Of a stretch of DNA of 32,000 bases, positions 15,484 to 22,044 are shown one piece after another. How positions within the stretch are numbered: position 1 is the first letter of the stretch; each line of letters opens with the position of its first letter. The notes below the pieces were generated by a model, which was given only the letters and a program-made list of their open reading frames with translations, did no database searches and had not been told where the DNA came from. The translations under genes were made by a program, and so were the position numbers. Source of the DNA: Candidatus Saccharimonadota bacterium (GTDB lineage: Bacteria > Patescibacteriota > Saccharimonadia > Saccharimonadales > UBA4665); assembly GCA_963716945.1 (NCBI GenBank), contig OY970322.1, positions 240,001 to 272,000 on the forward strand. Direction: 5' to 3'.

Positions 15484-15819
15484 TTACTTCTTCTTGGCGG
15501 GCGCTTTTTTGGCGGCGGGCTTCTTGGCGGCGGGCTTTTTGGCCGGGGCGGCTTTCTTGACGGCTTTGGTAGGCTTGACGCCGGCGGCCTTGGCCTTGGC
15601 GGCGGCCCGTTTCTTGAGGCGGGCGGCTTTGTTCTTGTGGACGACGCCTTTCTTGACGGCTTTGTCGAGGGCGCTTTGGGCGCTGCTCTGGGCTTTGGAC
15701 GACGGGCCGGCGTTGAAGAGCTTCAGGGCGCTTCTCAGACTGCGCTTGGTTTTGCTGTTGCGGACGGCCGCTTTTTGAGAGGTGCGGACACGTTTTTTAG
15801 CTGATTTGATGATTGGCAT
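15484..15819 (-). CDS. rpsT: 30S ribosomal protein S20 with Lys/Ala/Pro-rich C-terminal extension
   Basis: MPIIKSAKKRVRTSQKAAVRNSKTKRSLRSALK is classic S20. The tail is AAPAKKPAAKKPAAKKAPAKKK. The SD AAGGA lies 5 nt before the ATG. Confidence 0.95.
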   Translation of the reverse strand: MPIIKSAKKRVRTSQKAAVRNSKTKRSLRSALKLFNAGPSSKAQSSAQSALDKAVKKGVVHKNKAARLKKRAAAKAKAAGVKPTKAVKKAAPAKKPAAKKPAAKKAPAKKK

Positions 15820-15923
15820 GCGTTTCCTTAGGATTAATGCTTTTAATTTATAGCTTGGCAGTGACTATAACAGATAACAACCCGCCTTGTAAAGCCATGC
15901 CACCCCGACCGCTAAAAAACTGA

Positions 15924-15952
15924 TGGACAAGGATAAGCTTTTATGGTAGACT
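15924..15952 (+). promoter_or_regulatory. candidate promoter TGGACA-17-TAGACT for the DHH-like gene
   Basis: The hexamers are at 15924-15929 and 15947-15952, giving a leader of about 40 nt. Confidence 0.35.
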
Positions 15953-15998
15953 CCAAGATGAACGTAACCTAAAACAAAAAATCTCGGAAAAACAGCTT

Positions 15999-17594
15999 AT
16001 GGACAGCGCCAAACAACAGCTTATCGACAAGCTCAAGACGGCCAATAACGTGTTGGTGACCGTTAGCCGCGACCCTTCGGTCGACCAGCTGGCGGCTTGT
16101 CTCGGCCTGACGCTGCTGCTGAACAAGCAGGGCAAACACGCCGCCGCCGTTTTCAGTGGCCAGGTGCCGTCGACCCTGGAATTCCTGAAGCCCGAAGAAA
16201 CTCTCGAGAAAAACACTGATTCGCTGCGCGATTTCATCATCGCCCTGGACCGCGCCAAAGCCGACAAGCTGCGCTACAAGGTCGAAGATAATGTCGTCCG
16301 GATCTTTATAACCCCTTACAAGACGTCTATCAGCCAAGACGACTTGGAATTCAGCGAAGGCGACTTCAATGTTGACCTGGTTATTGCCCTTGGCGTCCAT
16401 AAGCAGGAAGACCTGGACGAGGCGATTGTCGCCCACGGCCGGATTTTGCATGACGCCACCGTCGCCAGCATCAATACCACTCCGGACAACGGCTTGGGGA
16501 CTATCAACTGGTATGACGCCGACGCCAGCAGCCTCAGCGAACTGATAACCGAGCTGACCAAAGTCATGGGCGACAATCTGCTCGATAACCAAATCGCGAC
16601 CGCCTTGCTGACCGGTATCGTCTCCGAAACGGACCGTTTCAGCAACGACAAGACCAGCTCGCAGACGATGAGTGCCAGTGCCGCCCTGATGGCCGCCGGG
16701 GCCGACCAGCAGCTGGTCGCCAGCAAGCTGGAAGAAACCGGCTTCCCGCTGTCTGCCCAAGCCGGAACTATTAACGGGGCCGACGGCTCCGCCCAGGACG
16801 ACGGGACGCTCAAGATCAGCCATGACGCCGACGAAGCGCCGGCCGCCCAGCCCCCGGTTCCGGATAACATCCCCGAAGCTCCCAGCTTGGAAATGCCGAA
16901 GTTTGAAGGTGACGGCGGCAATGCCATGCCGGCGCTGCCCTCCGAATCACCGGCCCCGGTCCCGCCGCCGACCGGTTTCGCCCAGGGCCCGAGGATGATA
17001 ACCGAGCCGCCGACAATGGGCGGCCGCTTGACGGCCAATACTACCGAAGAAGGCCTTGACCCGACAACCGACCCCATGAGTTTGCCGCGCGAAGAAGCGC
17101 CGCAGCTGCTCGACCACAAGAATGACACTTCGGCCGACATGTCGCCGCCCGGCCAGTCACCGGCGCCCGCGCCTTTCACGCCGCCATCACCGCTATCGGG
17201 CCAGCCTGCGCCGGCTTTCACCCCGCCGCCGGCCTGGACCCCGCCGGCCCCAACCGGTCCGGCAGCGGCTCCGCCGAGCACCGGCTCTAACGATGATGGC
17301 CGCACCTTGACCGAACTGGAAGAATCTGTCGACAGCCCGCACATCAAGACCGAGAGCGTCGACGAAGCCCGGGACGAAGTCAAGCAAGCCCTTGATTACA
17401 GCGAACCGGCTTCTTCCGAGCCGATCCAGGGCCTGGGCGCCCAGCAAATAGGCGGCGACCTGCACCCGGCGGGCGACGCCGGTACATCATCCGATGACAC
17501 TGACTCGCAGCAGGCTTCCGACCCGACCGCCCCGCCGCCGGTTCCGCCGCCGATTCCGTTCCAGTTCGGCAACCCCTCGCCGCCCCAGACCTGA
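15999..17594 (+). CDS. degenerate DHH-family (NrnA-like) domain protein with long Pro/Ala-rich C-terminal tail
   Basis: It aligns by eye to NrnA motifs: VLVTVSRDPSVDQLAACLGL (I), DLVIALGVHKQ (II), ASINTTPDN (III, DHH replaced by NTT) and ALLTGIVSETDRF (IV). There is no DHHA1 GGGH domain. About 270 aa of low-complexity P/A/S sequence follows. It occupies the nrnA position upstream of truB. Confidence 0.75.
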   Translation: MDSAKQQLIDKLKTANNVLVTVSRDPSVDQLAACLGLTLLLNKQGKHAAAVFSGQVPSTLEFLKPEETLEKNTDSLRDFIIALDRAKADKLRYKVEDNVVRIFITPYKTSISQDDLEFSEGDFNVDLVIALGVHKQEDLDEAIVAHGRILHDATVASINTTPDNGLGTINWYDADASSLSELITELTKVMGDNLLDNQIATALLTGIVSETDRFSNDKTSSQTMSASAALMAAGADQQLVASKLEETGFPLSAQAGTINGADGSAQDDGTLKISHDADEAPAAQPPVPDNIPEAPSLEMPKFEGDGGNAMPALPSESPAPVPPPTGFAQGPRMITEPPTMGGRLTANTTEEGLDPTTDPMSLPREEAPQLLDHKNDTSADMSPPGQSPAPAPFTPPSPLSGQPAPAFTPPPAWTPPAPTGPAAAPPSTGSNDDGRTLTELEESVDSPHIKTESVDEARDEVKQALDYSEPASSEPIQGLGAQQIGGDLHPAGDAGTSSDDTDSQQASDPTAPPPVPPPIPFQFGNPSPPQT

Positions 17595-17607
17595 AATCCG
17601 CTTGGGT

Positions 17608-17613
17608 TACACT
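17608..17613 (+). promoter_or_regulatory. -10-like TACACT 8 nt upstream of the truB ATG
   Basis: The sequence reads TACACT-aatacctg-ATG(17622). There is no SD. Co-transcription with the upstream gene is also possible. Confidence 0.35.
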
Positions 17614-17621
17614 AATACCTG

Positions 17622-18314
17622 ATGCAAGGCCTTTTATTAGTTGATAAGCCGCCGGATTGGACCAGCTTCGACGCCGTTAATTACGTGCGCCGGGTAGTCG
17701 CTGAAGCCGAAGGCAAGAAGCCCAGACAGGTCAAGGTCGGCCACACCGGCACGCTGGACCCCTTCGCGACGGGGCTGCTGGTCTTACTGGTCGGCAAAGA
17801 CTACACCCGCCGGGCCGCGGAATTGTCCAAGCTCGACAAAACCTACGAAGTGACCATGAAACTCGGTGAAACCAGCACGACCGGCGACCCGGAAGGTGAG
17901 ATTTCTGCCGTTTCGGCCAAGATTCCGACAAAAGCCGAAGTTCAAGCGGCTTTGGCAGGTTTCGAGGGCGAGATTCAGCAGGTGCCGCCGGCCTACTCGG
18001 CTATCAAAATTGACGGCCGCCGGGCCTACCAGCTGGCCCGCGCCGGCCAAGAAGTCGTCATCCAGCCGCGCAAGATCAAGATTAACAGCTTAAAACTGAC
18101 GGCTTATGACTATCCAGAAGTTAAGTTTACTGCCGACGTCGCTTCGGGCACCTACATCCGCACCCTGGCCGAGGACATCGGCCAAGCCGTCCGGACCGGT
18201 GCCTACACGACGGCTCTTCGCCGCACCCGCGTAGGTGATTATCAAGTCGCGGGGGCCGCCGCACCCAAATCGCTTAGCTCAAGCAATATCCTTCCAAGCC
18301 TGAAGACTTTATAA
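17622..18314 (+). CDS. truB: tRNA pseudouridine(55) synthase
   Basis: GLLLVDKPPDWTSFD and the catalytic motif VGHTGTLDPFATGLLVLLVG are present. Confidence 0.95.
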   Translation: MQGLLLVDKPPDWTSFDAVNYVRRVVAEAEGKKPRQVKVGHTGTLDPFATGLLVLLVGKDYTRRAAELSKLDKTYEVTMKLGETSTTGDPEGEISAVSAKIPTKAEVQAALAGFEGEIQQVPPAYSAIKIDGRRAYQLARAGQEVVIQPRKIKINSLKLTAYDYPEVKFTADVASGTYIRTLAEDIGQAVRTGAYTTALRRTRVGDYQVAGAAAPKSLSSSNILPSLKTL

Positions 18315-18328
18315 TTAAGTTAAATATT

Positions 18329-18610
18329 ATGAGTACGCCCGAAGGCAATATGACGCAGGCTGAGCGCTCAATCGGAGCCGGTATCGGTATGTTGATGATG
18401 GCCGGCGTCATTGCGTACCAGGGGGCGGAAGTCCCGCAGTACCGGCTCACGGCCTATATTTTCGTGCCGGCTTGGGTAGGCTTGGCTGCAGTAAACTTCA
18501 GGCACGCCGCGACGATAGTCCAGCGGGAGCAGGCACAGCGGCTGCCGTTTGACGACGTACCGGCGCTCGGCGTCGTCGAGCTGGAGAAGCAAATCGGTTT
18601 GGCGGCCTGA
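18329..18610 (+). CDS. small hypothetical membrane protein (2 TM), 93 aa
   Basis: Two hydrophobic helices and codon usage like its neighbours. No homology was recognised. Alternative start at the ATG at 18350, preceded by GAAGG. Confidence 0.45.
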   Translation: MSTPEGNMTQAERSIGAGIGMLMMAGVIAYQGAEVPQYRLTAYIFVPAWVGLAAVNFRHAATIVQREQAQRLPFDDVPALGVVELEKQIGLAA

Positions 18611-18632
18611 GCACATTTCCGTCCCGATGGGC

Positions 18633-18661
18633 TTGCTTTCGGGGTTCGTATCTGATAAAAT
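18633..18661 (+). promoter_or_regulatory. promoter TTGCTT-17-TAAAAT, -10 ends 8 nt before the rpsO ATG (leaderless geometry)
   Basis: The hexamers are at 18633-18638 and 18656-18661. The ATG is at 18670. Confidence 0.5.
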
Positions 18662-18669
18662 GCGTGTAC

Positions 18670-18936
18670 ATGATTGCAAACGAGAAAAAGTCCGCGGCCA
18701 TTAAGAGCACGCAGGCGCATAAGAATGACACCGGCAGCCCGGCCGTGCAGGTCTCGGTTCTGACCGAACGGATCAAGGAGCTGACCGAGCACCTGAAAGT
18801 TAACAAGCACGACTACATGGCCCGCCGCGGCTTGCTGCAGATGGTCGGCAAACGCCGCCGCCTGCTCCGTTACATCGCCTCCCATGACAGCCAGGCCTAT
18901 CTCGATTTGATCAAACAGCTCGGCATCCGCCGCTAA
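18670..18936 (+). CDS. rpsO: 30S ribosomal protein S15
   Basis: HKNDTGSPAVQVSVLTERIKELTEHLKVNKHDYMARRGLLQMVGKRRRLLRYI...LGIRR is classic S15. I prefer the ATG at 18670 over the track's GTG at 18664 because it gives the usual 88 aa. Confidence 0.95.
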   Translation: MIANEKKSAAIKSTQAHKNDTGSPAVQVSVLTERIKELTEHLKVNKHDYMARRGLLQMVGKRRRLLRYIASHDSQAYLDLIKQLGIRR

Positions 18937-18953
18937 GTGCCCAGACCGGGGTG

Positions 18954-18969
18954 CCTCGAAGTATCGAGG
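18954..18969 (+). terminator. short stem-loop CCTCGA-agta-TCGAGG just after rpsO (possible terminator or processing hairpin; no T-run)
   Basis: A perfect 6-bp stem with a 4-nt loop starts 18 nt after the rpsO stop. There is no U-tract, so it is weak as an intrinsic terminator. Confidence 0.25.
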
Positions 18970-19041
18970 ATCCAAGCTTGTGCACATTAAATGACCCGGA
19001 AGTTTATTTATTCGCCAGAGCAGCAGATATATAGCGCCCTA

Positions 19042-19070
19042 TTAGCAGCACAAGGGGAGAGCCGTATATT
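19042..19070 (+). promoter_or_regulatory. candidate pnp promoter TTAGCA-17-TATATT
   Basis: The hexamers are at 19042-19047 and 19065-19070. The leader is about 36 nt, with AAAGG before the ATG at 19113. Confidence 0.35.
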
Positions 19071-19112
19071 TGAACTCTGTCGAGTAAGCCTCCGGGCAGA
19101 AAGGTACGCCAT

Positions 19113-21242
19113 ATGGGACAAACCAATCCTTTAGGCAAAGATATTATCAAAGTCGAGACCGAACTGTGCGGCCGGACACTAAGCCTGGAGGTCGGCCGGG
19201 TCGGTTTCCGGACTTCGGCTTCGGTTATCGCCCGCTACGGCGACACGGTGGTGCTGGGCACGGCTATGGTCGGTTCGCAGCCGATCAGCCTGGATTACTT
19301 CCCGCTGAGCATTGATTACGAAGAGAAAATGTACGCCGCCGGCAAGGTCAGCGGTTCCAGGTTCATTAAGCGCGAGGGGCGGCCGAGCGATGATGCCATT
19401 CTCATCGGCCGGCTGATTGACCGTCCGATCCGGCCGCTGTGGCCCAAGGGCTACCGGCACGAGGCCCAGGGCGTGGCTACCGTGCTTAGCATGGACCCCG
19501 CTTTCCGCCCCGACGTAGTGGCGATGATCGCTATGAGCGCGGCTTTCATGCTTAGCGGCGCGCCGTTTGACGGCCCGGTAGCCGGGTTGAGAGTCGGGCT
19601 GGCCGACGGCAAGATTACGGCCTTCGCTTCGCCCGAACAACTGGAGACCGGCGGGCTTGACCTGGTGGTGGCCGGAACCAAAGACGGCGTAATGATGGTC
19701 GAAGCCGGTGCCAGCGAAGTGACCGAGGCCCAAGTGGCCGAGGCTATCGCTTTCGCCTTCGAGGCCATGCAGCCGGCTATCGCTTTGCAGCAGGAGCTGG
19801 TCGAGAAGGTCGGCGTGACCAAACAGGAATACACCTTGAGCCTGCCCGATGAGTCGATCCAGGCGGCCGTCGACAAGTGGCTGGAAGGCAAACTCGGCGA
19901 AGACCTGCGCAAGCCTTACCCGGAACGCAACGTCATGGTCCAGAATTTGCGTGACGAAATGCACGCCGAATTCGCCGAGCAGCTCGGCGACGACCACGCG
20001 GCGCTCAAGGACAATTACGACGAGGCCTTCCAGATGGCCCTGCACAAAGACGTGCGCAAGGGTATAGTCGAAGATGACGCCCGGCCTGACGGCCGCAAAT
20101 TGACCGAGGTCCGGCCGCTCAGCAGCGAGATCGGCTTATTGCCGCGGGCCCATGGCTCGAGTATCTTTACGCGCGGCCTGACGCAGGCCTTTAATATCGT
20201 GACTTTGGCGCCCCTGAGCTTCGTCCAGCTGGTCGACACCATGGAGCGCGAGGGCGAACGGCGCTACCTCCACCACTACAACGCGCCCGGCTACACGGTC
20301 GGTGAAGTCCGGCGCCTCGGCAGTCCAGGCCGCCGCGAGATCGGCCACGGCTACCTGGCGGAGAGGGCCCTGACGGCCGTCTTGCCCGACGAAACCGAGT
20401 TCCCGTACATGATCCGTTCGGTTACCGAAATCATGTCCCAGAACGGCTCGACCAGCATGGCCGCGACCTGCAGCAGCTGCCTGGCGCTGCTCGACGCCGG
20501 CGTGCCGCTCAAAGACATGGTCAGCGGCATTGCCATGGGCCTGATGGTCGATGGTGATAAGTTCTATATCCTTAGCGACATCGCCGATGCCGAGGACTTC
20601 GCCGGTGACATGGACTTCAAGGTCGCCGGTACGCCCAAAGGTATCACGGCCTTGCAGATGGACATGAAAGTCCACGGTTTGCCGGTCGAGGTCCTGCAAA
20701 AGGCACTGGAGCAGGGCAAGGACGGCCGGGCCCACATCCTGGAGCACATGAAGACCACAATTGCCGAGCCGAAAGCCATGAGTCCTTACGCCCCGCGCGT
20801 CGAGTCGATCCAGATCAACCCGGACAAGATCCGCGAGGTCATCGGCAAGGGCGGCGAGACCATCCAGAAGATCACCGGCGAGACCGGCGCCGACGTCGAC
20901 ATCAAGGACGACGGCACGATCATGATCGCCAGCCCGGACAAGAAGTCGATTGACGCCGCCCGCCAGTGGATCGAATCGATTGTCGCCGAACCGGAAATCG
21001 GCAAGATTTACTATGACGTGCCGGTAGTTACGGTCATGGACTTCGGTGCTTTCGTCCAGATCATGCCCGGCAAAGACGGCTTGGTCCACGTCAGCGAACT
21101 GTCCGAAGAACGGGTCAACAAGCCCAGCGACGTCGTCAAAGAAGGCGACAAAGTCACCGTTAAACTGGTCGCCATCGACGACCGCGGCCGCCTCCAGCTG
21201 AGCATGAAGGCCGCTGCCCGCGAACTCAAAGACAAGAAGTAG
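19113..21242 (+). CDS. pnp: polyribonucleotide nucleotidyltransferase (PNPase)
   Basis: Two RNase PH-like domains are followed by a KH domain (IREVIGKGGETIQKITGETG) and an S1 domain (MDFGAFVQIMPGKDGLVHVSEL). Confidence 0.97.
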   Translation: MGQTNPLGKDIIKVETELCGRTLSLEVGRVGFRTSASVIARYGDTVVLGTAMVGSQPISLDYFPLSIDYEEKMYAAGKVSGSRFIKREGRPSDDAILIGRLIDRPIRPLWPKGYRHEAQGVATVLSMDPAFRPDVVAMIAMSAAFMLSGAPFDGPVAGLRVGLADGKITAFASPEQLETGGLDLVVAGTKDGVMMVEAGASEVTEAQVAEAIAFAFEAMQPAIALQQELVEKVGVTKQEYTLSLPDESIQAAVDKWLEGKLGEDLRKPYPERNVMVQNLRDEMHAEFAEQLGDDHAALKDNYDEAFQMALHKDVRKGIVEDDARPDGRKLTEVRPLSSEIGLLPRAHGSSIFTRGLTQAFNIVTLAPLSFVQLVDTMEREGERRYLHHYNAPGYTVGEVRRLGSPGRREIGHGYLAERALTAVLPDETEFPYMIRSVTEIMSQNGSTSMAATCSSCLALLDAGVPLKDMVSGIAMGLMVDGDKFYILSDIADAEDFAGDMDFKVAGTPKGITALQMDMKVHGLPVEVLQKALEQGKDGRAHILEHMKTTIAEPKAMSPYAPRVESIQINPDKIREVIGKGGETIQKITGETGADVDIKDDGTIMIASPDKKSIDAARQWIESIVAEPEIGKIYYDVPVVTVMDFGAFVQIMPGKDGLVHVSELSEERVNKPSDVVKEGDKVTVKLVAIDDRGRLQLSMKAAARELKDKK

Positions 21243-21244
21243 GT

Positions 21245-21469
21245 ATGATTAAGCAGCTCGACAAATGGCACCAGCGCAAAACCGGCTTACTGGTTTTCTG
21301 TTTGGCCGAGCTGCTGGTTGCCTATGGTTTCGCCAGCCTGGCGATTGACCGCGGCAACCTCTGGTACTACTTGCTGACGCTGGTCTTCCTGGTCGGCGCC
21401 TTGCAAAATTTCTTCAAACTAATCGGGAAACTGATAAAGGGCAGCCATGGCAGACGCAAAACAAGCTGA
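21245..21469 (+). CDS. small hypothetical membrane protein (2 TM), 74 aa
   Basis: It starts 2 nt after the pnp stop and has two hydrophobic helices. Its 3' end overlaps the udg start by 23 nt. Confidence 0.5.
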   Translation: MIKQLDKWHQRKTGLLVFCLAELLVAYGFASLAIDRGNLWYYLLTLVFLVGALQNFFKLIGKLIKGSHGRRKTS

Positions 21470-22022
21470 ACTCGACGCCATCAAACAGAAAATCATCAAG
21501 GATAAGGTAACGCCCGAACTGGCGGCCGGCGCGACGCAGCTGGTCTTCGGCGACGGCAATCCTGAAGCCGAAATAGTTTTTATCGGCGAAGCGCCGGGCA
21601 AGAACGAGGACTTGCAAGGCATTCCGTTCGTCGGCGCGGCCGGTAAGTTCCTTAACGAAATGCTGGCGATGATCGGCCTCAAACGGTCGGACATTTACAT
21701 CACCAACATCGTTAAGTACCGGCCGCCGGACAACCGCGACCCTTATCCGGAAGAGAAATCGGCCTTTATGCCTTATCTGGAGTCCCAACTAGAGGTAATT
21801 CAGCCTAAGCTGACGGTGACGCTTGGCCGCCACAGCTTGAATTGCTTCTTGCCGGACCTCAGTATCAGCCAGGTGCACGGGCAGCCCAAACGCTACAAGG
21901 GCAGGGTTTACTTGCCTCTGTTCCATCCGGCCGCGGCGCTGTATAACGGCGCCATGCGCCAGACCCTGATTGACGACTTCGCGCTGATACCGGCCATTAT
22001 CGAGAAAATTAAATCATCTTAG
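21447..22022 (+). CDS. udg: uracil-DNA glycosylase, family 4-like (no Fe-S cysteines)
   Basis: LVFGDGNPEAEIVFIGEAPGKNEDLQGIPFVGAAGKFLNEML and HPAAALYN are family-4 motifs. The four Cys ligands usual in family 4 are absent. Confidence 0.9.
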   Translation: MADAKQAELDAIKQKIIKDKVTPELAAGATQLVFGDGNPEAEIVFIGEAPGKNEDLQGIPFVGAAGKFLNEMLAMIGLKRSDIYITNIVKYRPPDNRDPYPEEKSAFMPYLESQLEVIQPKLTVTLGRHSLNCFLPDLSISQVHGQPKRYKGRVYLPLFHPAAALYNGAMRQTLIDDFALIPAIIEKIKSS

Positions 22023-22044
22023 CAAATTCTTAAGAAAGGAATCT

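Noticed and set aside
15407-15778. A 123-aa plus-strand ORF overlapping rpsT
   Set aside because: It is the mirror of the S20 Lys/Ala-rich tail, which reads as Leu/Ala/Phe repeats on the other strand. rpsT is certain.
15820-15998. tRNA or other small RNA genes in the larger spacers (1921-2078, 9875-9997, 15820-15998, 18937-19112, 27625-27769, 31149-31325)
   Set aside because: I could not find a cloverleaf, a T-loop (GTTCRA) or an acceptor-stem pairing by eye. These spacers are better explained as divergent promoter or leader regions. tRNAscan-SE or Infernal should still be run.
15484-17594. Short tandem periodicities in the rpsT tail and the Pro-rich DHH-like tail, considered as CRISPR or other non-coding repeat arrays
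   Set aside because: They lie inside well-supported reading frames and encode low-complexity peptide repeats. There is no repeat-spacer architecture.
18968-18985. Three contiguous 6-bp palindromes, GGATCC AAGCTT GTGCAC (BamHI-HindIII-ApaLI), looking like a cloning polylinker in the rpsO-pnp spacer
   Set aside because: There is no other vector-like sequence around it. My rough estimate is that three adjacent 6-bp palindromes occur by chance in a 32-kb window about one time in ten. It does not match any polylinker I know. I treat it as coincidence, though a vector screen (UniVec) would settle it.
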